Source: Eledone cirrhosa
Lineage: Eukaryota
DNA length: 64,000 nucleotides
NCBI GenBank assembly: GCA_964016885.1
Contig: OZ024741.1
Coordinates: forward strand, 260,586,001 to 260,650,000
Direction: 5' to 3'
Shown here: in pieces, positions 53,001 to 64,000 of the stretch
Numbering within the stretch: position 1 is the stretch's first letter
Layout of the letters: each line of letters opens with the position of its first letter
Translations under genes and position numbers: made by a program
The notes under the pieces: model-generated
Database searches by the model: none
What the model was told of the DNA's origin: nothing
The model's input: the letters and a program-made list of their open reading frames with translations, nothing else

Positions 53001-56000
53001 TGTTTCGACTTACGAGTGTTATGACTTACGAGTGTTTTGACATACGAGTGTTTCGACTTACGAGTGTTTTGACTTACGGGTGTTTTGACATACGAGTGTT
53101 TCGATACGAGTGTTCTGACTTACGAGTGTTCTGACTTACGAGTGTTCTGACTTACGAGTGTTTCGACATACGAGTGTTTTGACTTACGGGTGTTTCGACT
53201 TACGAGTGTTTTGACTTACGAATGTTTTGACTTACGGGTGTTTCGGCTTACGAGAGTTTTGACTTACGAGTGTTTCGACTTACGAGTGTTTCGACTTACG
53301 AGTATTTTGACTTACGAATGTTTTGACTTACGGGTGTTTCGGCTTACGAGTGTTTCGACTTACTAATGTTTTTACTTACGAGTGTTTCGGCGTACGAATG
53401 TTTCGACTTCCGAGTGTTTCGACTTACGGGTGTTTCGACTTACGAGTATTTTTGGCTTACGAGTGTTTCGACTTACGAGTGTTTTGACTTACGAGTGTTC
53501 TGATTTACGGATGTTTCGACATACGAGTGTTTCGACTTACGAGTGTTTCGACTTATGAGTGTTTCGACTTACGAGTGTTTCGACTTACGAGTGTTTCGGC
53601 TTATGATTGTTTCGACTTACGAGTGTTTTGAGTTACGGTGTTTCAGCTTACGAGTGTTTCGACTTACGAGTGTTTTGACTTACGGGTGTTTTGACATACG
53701 AGTGTTTCGATACGAGTGTTCTGACTTACGAGTGTTCTGACTTACGAGTGTTTTGACTTACGAGTGTTCTGACTTACGAGTGTTCCGACTTACGAGTGTT
53801 CCGACTTACGAGTGTTTCGGCTTACGAGTGTTTCCGGCTTACGAGTGTTTCGACTTACGAGTGTTTTGACTTACGGTGTTTCGGCTTACGAGTCATTCAA
53901 CTTACGAGTGTTTTGACTTACGGGTGTTTTGACTTACGGGTGTTGTGAATTACGAGTGTTCCGATTTACGAGTGTTTTGACTTACGGTGTTTCGGCTTAC
54001 GAGTGATTCGACTTACGAATGTTTTGACTTACGGGTGTTTCGGCTTGCGAGTGTTTCGACTTACGAGTGTTTCGGCTTATGAGTGTTTCGACTTACTAAT
54101 GTTTTTACATACGAGTGTTCTGACTTACGAGGGTTCCGACTTAAGAGTGTTCCGACTTACGAGTGTTTCGGCTTACGAGTGTTTCCGGCTTACGAGTGTT
54201 TCGACTTACGAGTGTTTCGACTTACGAGTGTTTTGACTTACGGTGTTTCGACTTACGAGTGATTCGACTTACGAGTGTTTTGACTTACGGGTGTTTTGAC
54301 TTACGGGTGTTGTGAATTACGAGTGTTCCGATTTACGAGTATTTTGACTTACGGTGTTTCGGCTAACGAGTGATTCGACTTACGAATGTTTTGACTTACG
54401 GGTGTTTCGGCTTACGAGTGTTTCGACTTACGAGTGTTTCGGCTTGCGAGTGTTTCGACTTACTAATGTTTTTACTTACGAGTTTTTCGGCGTACGAGTG
54501 TTTCGACTTACGAGTGTTTCGACTTACGGGTGTTTTGACTTAAGGGTGTTTCGACTTACAAGTGTTTCGACTTACGAGTGTTTCGACTTACGAGTGTTCT
54601 GACTTACGAGTGTTCTGATTTACAGATGTTTCGACATACGAGTGTTTCGACTTACGAGTGTTTCGACTTACGAGTGTTTTGACTTACGGGTGTTTTGACA
54701 TACGAGTGTTTCGATACGAGTGTTTCGACTTACGAGTGTTCTGACTTACGAGTGTTTTGACTTACGAGTGTTCTGACTTACGAGTGTTCTGATTTACGAG
54801 TGTTCCGACTTACGAGTGTTTTGACTTACGAATGTTTTGACTTAAGGGTGTTTCGGCTTACGAGTGTTTCGACTTACTAATGTTTTTACTTACGAGCGTT
54901 TCGGCGTACGAGTGTTTCGACTTCCGAGTGTTTCGACTTACGGGTGTTTTGACTTACGGGTGTTTCGGCTTACGAGTGTTTTGACTTACGAGTGTTTTGA
55001 CTTAAGGGTGTTTCGACTTACGAGTATTTTTGGCTTACGAGTGTTTTGACTTACGAGTGTTTTGACTTATGAGTGTTCTGATTTACGGATTTTTCGACAT
55101 ACGAGTGTTTCGACTTACGAGTGTTTCGGCTTATGATTGTTTCGACTTACGAGTGTTTTGACTTACGGTGTTTCAGCTTACGAGTGTTTTGACTTACGGG
55201 TGTTTTGACATACGAGTGTTTCGATACGAGTGTTCTGACTTACGAGTGTTCTGACTTACGAGTGTTTTGACTTACGAGTGTTCTGACTTACGAGTGTTCC
55301 GACTTACGAGTGTTCCGACTTACGAGTGTTTCGGCTTACGAGTGTTTCCGGCTTACGAGTGTTTCGACTTACGAGTGTTTTGACTTACGGTGTTTCGGCT
55401 TACGAGTGATTCAACTTACGAGTGTTTTGACTTACGGGTGTTTTGACTTACGGGTGTTGTGAATTACGAGTGTTTCGGTTTACGAGTGTTTCGACATACG
55501 AGTGTTTTGACTTACGGGTGTTTCGACTTACGGGTGTTTCGACTTACGAGTGTTTCGGCTTACGAGTGTTTCGAATTACTAATGTTTTTACTTACGAGTG
55601 TTTCGGTGTACGAGTGTTTCGACTTAAGGATGTTTCGACTTGCGAGTGTTTCGACTTACGTGTGTTTCGGCTTACGTGAGTTTCGACTTAAGAGTGTTCT
55701 GATTTACGAGTGTTCTGACTTGCGGGTGTTCTGATTTACGAGTGTTCCGACTTACGAGTGTTTCGGCTTATGAGTGTTTCGACTTACGAGTGTTTCGGCT
55801 TACGAGTGTTTCGACTTATGGGTGTTTCGACTTACGAGTGTTTTTACTTACGGTGTTTCGGCTTACGAGTGTTTCGACATACGAGTGTTCAGACTTACGA
55901 GTGTTCCGACTTACGAGCGTTCCGACTTACAAGTGTTTCGATTACGAGTGTTAAGACTTACGGGTGTTTTGACATACGAGTGTTTCGATACGTGTGTTTC

Positions 56001-59000
56001 GACTTACGAGTGTTACGAGTGTTCTGACTTACGAGTGTTCTGACTTACGAGTGTTCTGACTTACGAGTGTTCTGACTTACGAGCGTTCTGACTTACGAGT
56101 GTTCCGACTTACGAGTGTTTCGGCTTACGAGTGTTTCGACTTACGAGTGTTCTGACTTACGAGTGTTCCGACTTACGAGCGTTCCGACTTACGAGTGTTT
56201 CGGCTTACAAGTGTTCCGACTTACGAGTGTTTCGACTTACGAGTGTTTTGACTTACGGTGTTTCTGCTTACGAGTGTTTCGACTTACGAGTGTTAAGACT
56301 TACGGGTGTTTTGACATACGAGTGTTTCGATACGAGTGTTTCGACTTACGAGTGTTACGAGTGTTCTGACTTACGAGTGTTTCGACTTACGATTGTTTTT
56401 TTCACTTACGGGTGTTTCGACTTACGCGTGTTTCGACTTAAGGATGTTTCGACTTGCGAGTGTTTCTACTTACGTGTGTTTCGGCTTACGTGAGTTTCGA
56501 CTTAAGAGTGTTCTGATTTACGAGTGTTCTGACTTGCGGGTGTTCTGATTTACGAGTGTTCCGACTTACGAGTGTTTCGACTTACGAGTGTTTCGACTTA
56601 CGGGTGTTCCGACTAACGAGTGTTTCGGCTTACGATTGTTTCGACTTACGAGTGTTTCGGTTTACGAGTGTTTCGACTTACGGGTGTTTTGACTTACGAT
56701 TGTTTGGGCTTACGAATGTTTCGACTTACGAGTGTTTCGACTTACGAGTGTTTTGACTTACGGTGTTTCGGCTTACGAGTGTTTTGACTTACGAGTGTTT
56801 TGACTTACGGGTGTTTTGACATACGAGTGTTTCGATACGAGTGTTCTGACTTACGAGTGTTCTGACTTACGAGTGTTCTGACTTACGAGTGGTCTGACTT
56901 ACGGGTGTTCTGACTTACGAGTGTTCCGACTTACGAGTGTTTCAGCTTATGAGTGTTTCGACTTACGAGTGCTTCGGTTTACGAGTGTTTCGACTTACGA
57001 GTGTTTCGGCTTACTAGTGTTTCGACTTACGAGTGTTTCGGCTTACGAGTGTTTCGACTTACTAATGTTTTTAAAACGAGTGTTTCGGCGTACGAGAGTT
57101 TTGACTTACGAGTGTTTCGACTTACGAGTGTTTCGACTTACGAGTATTTTGACTTACGAATGTTTTGACTTACGGGTGTTTCGGCTTACGAGTGTTTCGA
57201 CTTACTAATGTTTTTACTTACGAGTGTTTCGCCGTACGAATGTTTCGACTTCCGAGTGTTTCGACTTACGGGTGTTTTGACTTACGGGTGTTTCGGCTTA
57301 CGAGTGTTTTGACTTACGAGTGTTTTGACTTAAGGGTGTTTCGACTTACGAGTATTTTTGGCTTACGAGTGTTTCGACTTACGAGTGTTTTGACTTACGA
57401 GTGTTCTGATTTACGGATTTTTCGACATACGAGTGTTTCGACTTACGAGTGTTTCGACTTATGAGTGTTTCGACTTACGAGTGTTTCGGCTTATGATTGT
57501 TTCGACTTACGAGTGTTTTGACTTACGGTGTTTCAGCTTACGAGTGTTTCGACTTACGAGTGTTTTGACTTACGGGTGTTTTGACATACGAGTGTTTCGA
57601 TACGAGTGTTCTGACTTACGAGTGTTCTGACTTACGAGTGTTTTGACTTACGAGTGTTCTGACTTACGAGTGTTCCGACTTACGAGTGTTCCGACTTACG
57701 AGTGTTTCGGCTTACGAGTGTTTCCGGCTTACGAGTGTTTCGACTTACGAGTGTTTTGACTTACGGTGTTTCGGCTTACGAGTCATTCAACTTACGAGTG
57801 TTTTGACTTACGGGTGTTTTGACTTACGGGTGTTGTGAATTACGAGTGTTCCGATTTACGAGTGTTTTGACTTACGGTGTTTCGGCTTACGAGTGATTCG
57901 ACTTACGAATGTTTTGACTTACGGGTGTTTCGGCTTGCGAGTGTTTCGACTTACGAGTGTTTCGGCTTATGAGTGTTTCGACTTACTAATGTTTTTACAT
58001 ACGAGTGTTCTGACTTACGAGGGTTCCGACTTAAGAGTGTTCCGACTTACGAGTGTTTCGGCTTACGAGTGTTTCCGGCTTACGAGTGTTTCGACTTACG
58101 AGTGTTTCGACTTACGAGTGTTTTGACTTACGGTGTTTCGACTTACGAGTGATTCGACTTACGAGTGTTTTGACTTACGGGTGTTTTGACTTACGGGTGT
58201 TGTGAATTACGAGTGTTCCGATTTACGAGTGTTTTGACTTACGGTGTTTCGGCTAACGAGTGATTCGACTTGCGAATGTTTTGACTTACGGGTGTTTCGG
58301 CTTACGAGTGTTTCGACTTACGAGTGTTTCGGCTTGCGAGTGTTTCGACTTACTAATGTTTTTACTTACGAGTTTTTCGGCGTACGAGTGTTTCGACTTA
58401 CGAGTGTTTCGACTTACGGGTGTTTTGACTTAAGGGTGTTTCGACTTACAAGTGTTTCGACTTACGAGTGTTTCGACTTACGAGTGTTCTGACTTACGAG
58501 TGTTCTGATTTACAGATGTTTCGACATACGAGTGTTTCGACTTACGAGTGTTTCGACTTACGAGTGTTTTGACTTACGGGTGTTTTGACATACGAGTGTT
58601 TCGATACGAGTGTTTCGACTTACGAGTGTTCTGACTTACGAGTGTTCTGACTTACGAGTGTTCTGACTTACGAGTGTTCTGATTTACGAGTGTTCCGACT
58701 TACGAGTGTTTCGGCTTACGAGTGTTTCGGCTTACGAGTGTTTCGACTTAAGAGTGTTTCGACTTACGAGTGTTCCGACTTACGGGTGTTTCGACTTACG
58801 AGTGTTTTGACTTACGGTGTTTCGGCTTACGAGTGTTTCGACTTACGAGTATTTTGACTTACGGGTGTTTTGACATACGAGTGTTTCGATACGAGTGTTC
58901 TGACTTACGAGTGTTCTGACTTACGAGTGTTCTGACTTACGAGTGTTCTGACTTACGAGTGTTCTGATTTACGAGTGTTCCGACTTACGAGTGTTTCGGC

Positions 59001-59276
59001 TTACGAGTGTTTCGGCTTACGAGTGTTTCGACTTACGAGTGTTTCGACTTACGAGTGTTCCGACTTACGGGTGTTTCGACTTACGAGTGGTTTGGCTTAC
59101 GGTGTTTCGGCTTACGAGTGTTTCGAGTTACGAGTGTTTTGACTTACGCGTGTTTTGACATACGAGTGTTTCGATACGAGTGTTCTGACTTACGAGTGTT
59201 CTGACTTACGAGTGTTCCGACTTTACGTGTGTTTCGGCTCACGAGTGTTTCGGCTTACGAGTGTTTCGACTTACGA

Positions 59277-59345
59277 AAATAACAAATAGACGCGGTTTCA
59301 AATCTCTATGATTTTCAAATTCATTACATTAATCTTTATTTATAC
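59277..59345. repeat. 69-bp AT-rich island, copy 8 (type B)
   Basis: Identical to copy 7 and 12,329 bp downstream of it, inside the ~12.3-12.6 kb duplication. Confidence 0.95.
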
Positions 59346-62300
59346 GTTTCGCTTTACGAGTGTTTCGACTTACGAGTGTTTCGACATACGAGTGTTTCGA
59401 CTTCCGAATGTTTTTGCTTACGGGTGTTTCGACTTACGAATGTTTCGGCTTACGAGTGTTTCGGCTTACGAGTGTTCCGACTTAGGAGTGTTTCGGCTTA
59501 CGAGTGTTTCCGGCTTACGAGTGTTTCGACTTACGAGTGTTTCGACTTTCGAGTGTTTTGACTTACGGTGTTTCGGCTTACGAGTGATTCGACTTACGAG
59601 TGTTTTGACTTACGGGTGTTTTGACTTACGGGTGTTGTGAATTACCAGTGTTCCGATTTACGAGTATTTTGACTTACGGTGTTTCGGCTTGCGAGTGTTT
59701 CGACTCACGAGTGTTTCGGCTTATGAGTGTTTCGACTTACTAATGTTTTTACTTACGAGTGTTTCGGCGTTCGAGTGTTTTGCCTTACGAGTGTTTCGAC
59801 TTAAGAGTGTTTTGATTTACGAATGTTTTGACTTACGGGTGTTTCGGCTTATGAGTGTTTCGACTTACGAGTGTTTCGACTTATGAGTGTTTCGACTTAC
59901 GAGTGTTCTGACTTACGAGTGTTCTGACTTACGAATGTTCCGACTTACGAGTGTTTCGGTTTACGAGTGTTTCGACATACGAGTGTTTTGACTTACGGGT
60001 GTTTCGACTTACGGGTGTTTCGAATTACGAGTGTTTCGGCTTACGAGTGTTTCGACTTACTAATGTTTTTACTTACGAGTGTTTCGGTGTACGAATGTTT
60101 TGACTTAAGGATGTTTCGACTTACGAGTGTTTCGACTTACGAGTGTTTCGGCTTACGTGAGTTTCGACTTAAGAGTGTTCTGATTTACGAGTGTTCTGAC
60201 TTGCCGGTGTTCTGATTTACGAGTGTTCCGACTTACGAGTGTTTCGGCTTATGAGTGTTTCGACTTACGAGTGTTTCGGCTTACGAGTGTTTCGACTTAT
60301 GGGTGTTTCGATTTACGAGTGTTTTTACTTACGGTGTTTCGGCTTACGAGTGTTTCGACATACGAGTGTTTTGACTTACGGGTGTTTCGACTTACGAGTG
60401 TTTTGACTTACGAATGTTTTGACTTACGGGTGTTTCGGCGTACGAGTGTTTCGACTTACGAGTGTTTCGGCTTACGAGTGTTTCGACTTACTAATGTTTT
60501 TACTTACGAGTGTTTCGGCGTACGAGAGTTTTGACTTACGAGTGTTTCGACTTACGAGTGTTTTCACTTACGAATGTTTTGACTTACGAGTCTTTCGGCT
60601 TACGAGTGTTTCGACTTACTAATGTTTTTACTTACGAGTGTTTCGGCGTACGAGTGTTTCGACTTACGAGTGTTTCGACTTACGGGTGTTTTGACTTAAG
60701 GGTGTTTCGGCTTACGAGTGTTTCGACTTACGAGTGTTTTGACTTAAGGGTGTTTCGACTTACGAGTATTTTTGGCTTACGAGTGTTTCGACTTACGAGT
60801 GTTTTGACTTATGGTGTTTCGGCTTACGAGTGTTTCGACTTACGAGTGTTTTGACTTACGGGTGTTTTGACATACGAGTGTTTCGATACGAGTGTTCTGA
60901 CTTACGAGTGTTCTGACTTACGAGTGTTTTGACTTACGAGTGTTTCGACATACGAGTGTTTTGACTTACGGGTGTTTCGACTTACGAGTGTTTTGACTTA
61001 CGAATGTTTTGACTTACGGGTGTTTCGGCTTACGAGTGTTTCGACTTACTAATGTTTTTAAAACGAGTGTTTCGGCGTACGAGAGTTTTGAATTACGAGT
61101 GTTTCGACTTACGAGTGTTTCGACTTACGAGTATTTTGACTTACGAATGTTTTGACTTACGTGTGTTTCGACTTCCGAGTGTTTCGACTTACGGGTGTTT
61201 TGACTTATGGGTGTTTCGGCTTACGAGTGTTTTGACTTACGAGTGTTTTGACTTAAGGGTGTTTCGACTTACGAGTATTTTTGGCTTACGAGTGTTTCGA
61301 CTTACGAGTGTTTTGACTTACGAGTGTTCTGATTTACGGATGTTTCGACATACGAGTGTTTCGACTTACGAGTGTTGCGACTTATGAGTGTTTCGACTTA
61401 CGAGTGTTTCGACTTACGAGTGTTTCGGCTTATGATTGTTTCGACTTACGAGTGTTTTGACTTACGGTGTTTCAGCTTACGAGTGTTTCGACTTACGAGT
61501 GTTTTGACTTACGGGTGTTTTGACATACGAGTGTTTCGATACGAGTGTTCTGACTTACGAGTGTTCTGACTTACGACTGTTTTGACTTACGAGTGTTCTG
61601 ACTTACGAGTGTTCCGACTTACGAGTGTTCCGACTTACGAGTGTTTCGGCTTACGAGTGTTTCCGGCTTACGAGTGTTTCGACTTACGAGTGTTTTGACT
61701 TACGGTGTTTCGGCTTACGAGTCATTCAACTTACGAGTGTTTTGACTTACGGGTGTTTTGACTTACGGGTGTGGTGAATTACGAGTGTTCCGATTTACGA
61801 GTGTTTTGACTTACGGTGTTTCGGCTTACGAGTGATTCGACTTACGAATGTTTTGACTTACGGGTGTTTCGGCTTGCGAGTGTTTCGACTTACGAGTGTT
61901 TCGGCTTATGAGTGTTTCGACTTACTAATGTTTTTAGTTACGAGTGTTCTGACTTACGAGGGTTCCGACTTAAGAGTGTTCCGACTTACGAGTGTTTCGG
62001 CTTACGAGTGTTTCCGGCTTACGAGTGTTTCGACTTACGAGTGTTTCGACTTACGAGTGTTTTGACTTACGGTGTTTCGACTTACGAGTGATTCGACTTA
62101 CGAGTGTTTTGACTTACGGGTGTTTTGACTTACGGGTGTTGTGAATTACGAGTGTTCCGATTTACGAGTGTTTTGACTTACGGTGTTTCGGCTAACGAGT
62201 GATTCGACTTACGAATGTTTTGACTTACGGGTGTTTCGGCTTACGAGTGTTTCGACTTACGAGTGTTTCGGCTTGCGAGTGTTTCGAGTTACTAATGTTT

Positions 62301-62866
62301 TTACTTACGAGTTTTTCGGCGTACGAGTGTTTCGACTTACGAGTGTTTCGACTTACGGGTGTTTTGACTTACGAGTGTTCTGACTTACGAGTGTTCTGAT
62401 TTACGGATGTTTCGACATACGAGTGTTTCGACTTACGAGTGTTTTGACTTACGGGTGTTTTGACATACGAGTGTTTCGATGCGAGTGTTTCGACTTACGA
62501 GTGTTCTGACTTACGAGTGTTCTGAATTACGAGTGTTCTGAATTACGAGTGTTCTGATTTACGAGTGTTCCGACTTACGAGTCTTTCGGCTTACGAGTGT
62601 TTCGGCTTACGAGTGTTTCGACTTAAGAGTGTTTCGACTTACGAGTGTTCCGACTTACGGGTGTTTCGACTTACGAGTGGTTTGGCTTACGGTGTTTCGG
62701 CTTACGAGTGTTTCGAGTTACGAGTGTTTTGACTTACGCGTATTTTGACATACGAGTGTTTCGATACGTGTGTTCTGATTTACGAGTGTTCTGACTTACG
62801 AGTGTTCCGACTTTACGAGTGTTTCGGCTCACGAGTGTTTCGGCTTACGAGTGTTTCGACTTACGA

Positions 62867-62935
62867 AAATAACAAATAGACGCGGTTTCAAATCTCTATG
62901 ATTTTCAAATTCATTACATTAATCATTATTTATAC
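62867..62935. repeat. 69-bp AT-rich island, copy 9 (type B with one private change, aatcAttatt)
   Basis: Type B sequence 3,590 bp downstream of copy 8, with a T>A change near the 3' end. Confidence 0.95.
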
Positions 62936-64000
62936 GTTTCGCTTTACGAGTGTTTCGACTTACGAGTGTTTCGACATACGAGTGTTTCGACTTCCGAATG
63001 TTTTTGCTTACGGGTGTTTCGACTTACGAATGTTTCGGCTTACGAGTGTTTCGGCTTACGAGTGTTCCGACTTAGGAGTGTTTCGGCTTACGAGTGTTTC
63101 CGACTTACGAGTGTTTCGACTTACGAGTGTTTCGACTTTCGAGTGTTTTGACTTACGGTGTTTCGGCTTACGAGTGATTCGACTTACGAGTGTTTTGACT
63201 TACGGGTGTTTTGACTTACGGGTGTTGTGAATTACCAGTGTTCCGATTTACGAGTATTTTGGCTTACGGTGTTTCGGCTTGCGAGTGTTTCGACTTACGA
63301 GTGTTTCGGCTTATGAGTGTTTCGACTTACTAATGTTTTTACTTACGAGTGTTTCGGCGTTCGAGTGTTTTGCCTTACGAGTGTTTCGACTTAAGAGTGT
63401 TTTGACTTACGAATGTTTTGACTTACGGGTGTTTCGGCTTATGAGTGTTTCGACTTACGAGTGTTTCGACTTATGAGTGTTTCGACTTACGAGTGTTCTG
63501 ACTTACGAGTGTTCTGACTTACGAATGTTCCGACTTACGAGTGTTTCGGTTTACGAGTGTTTCGACATACGAGTGTTTTGATTTACGGGTGTTTCGACTT
63601 ACGGGTGTTTCGAATTACGAGTGTTTCGGCTTACGAGTGACTCGACTTACTAATGTTTTTACTTAAGAGTGTTTCGGTGTACGAATGTTTTGACTTAAGG
63701 ATGTTTCGACTTACGAGTGTTTCGACTTACGAGTGTTTCGGCTTACGTGAGTTTCGACTTAAGAGTGTTCTGATTTACGAGTGTTCTGACTTGCGGGTGT
63801 TCTGATTTACGAGTGTTCCGACTTACGAGTGTTTCGGCTTATGAGTGTTTCGACTTACGAGTGTTTCGGCTTACGAGTGTTTCGACTTATGGGTGTTTCG
63901 ACTTACGAGTGTTTTTACTTACGGTGTTTCGGCTTACGAGTGTTTCGACATACGAGTGTTTTGACTTACGGGTGTTTCGACTTACGAGTGTTTTGACTTA

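Larger units (their letters stand above)
36541..61436 (+). repeat. ~12.3-12.6 kb tandem duplication (unit 1 36541-49170, unit 2 49171-61436)
   Basis: Offsets are 12,630 from 37093/49723 to 40004/52634, 12,313-12,330 from 41215/53543 to 48089/60419, and 12,266 at 49106/61372. Islands 7 and 8 are paralogous within it. Confidence 0.92.
1..64000 (+). repeat. Tandem satellite DNA array, 16-bp monomer GACTTACGAGTGTTTC, head-to-tail, no inversions seen, truncated by both window edges
   Basis: The monomer is visible on every line, e.g. near-pure consensus at 10705-10765. Common variants are -TTTT GAC-, -TTCT GAC-, -TTCC GAC-, GGCTTACG, TTACGGGTG, TTATGAG, GACATACG and TTACGAATG. Length variants include 15-bp TTACGGTG, 14-bp TTCGATACG and 9-bp TGTTACGAG. 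Consensus GC is 7/16. Confidence 0.99.
57200..64000 (+). repeat. ~3.6-3.9 kb period repeat, also seen at ~41100-46400
   Basis: ORF starts 57893/61832 and 58244/62183 differ by 3939; 59308/62898 and 59689/63279 by 3590; 41675/45580 by 3905. The marker GAGTCATTCAAC occurs near 30621, 41562, 45467, 53890, 57780 and 61719. Confidence 0.8.

Noticed and set aside
606-63476. The many + strand ORFs of 60-261 aa in the ORF track
   Set aside because: All are translations of the 16-bp repeat. They overlap in all three frames, start mostly at GTG/TTG within monomers, end at CpG-decay stops and are broken by frameshifting monomer variants. No domain or gene structure is recognisable.
1-64000. CRISPR array
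   Set aside because: There are no unique spacers between repeats, the monomers are directly adjacent, the 69-bp islands are copies of each other, and no cas genes or leader are present.
1-64000. Telomerase-synthesised telomeric repeat (some yeasts have 16-bp or longer units)
   Set aside because: The monomer has no G-run, and the array shows heavy inherited variation, kb-scale nested duplications and a length above 64 kb, all pointing to recombinational satellite evolution. A subtelomeric or telomerase-independent terminal location cannot be excluded from this window.
1-64000. Inverted blocks or large hairpins in the array
   Set aside because: No reverse-complement monomers (GAAACACTCGTAAGTC) were seen, and the only dyad is the 4-bp TCGA in each monomer.

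Overview
The whole 64-kb window is one uninterrupted, same-orientation tandem satellite array, most likely eukaryotic heterochromatin, and it runs off both ends. The consensus monomer is 16 bp (GACTTACGAGTGTTTC, about 4,000 copies estimated from length), with many point variants and a few 8-17 bp length variants. No protein-coding gene, RNA gene or CRISPR array is supportable. All listed ORFs are + strand read-through of the repeat, because three monomers (48 bp) encode the stop-free peptide DLRVFRLTSVSTYECF, while the - strand has a TAA in every monomer. The only non-monomer sequence I found is a 69-bp AT-rich island present in 9 copies and 3 sequence types, always at the same monomer position. 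Variant monomers act as barcodes that reveal nested duplications of about 160, 223, 489, 1.3k, 1.9k, 2223, 3.6-3.9k, 10.9k and 12.3-12.6k bp. Two breakpoints and a relative order of events can be read from the sequence. By recollection, the monomer core (TCGACTTACGA) resembles terminal motifs of pogo/Tigger DNA transposons and partly resembles a CENP-B box, so a transposon-derived, possibly centromeric satellite is the leading but untested hypothesis. All offsets were derived by eye and from the ORF track, so boundaries are approximate unless stated.
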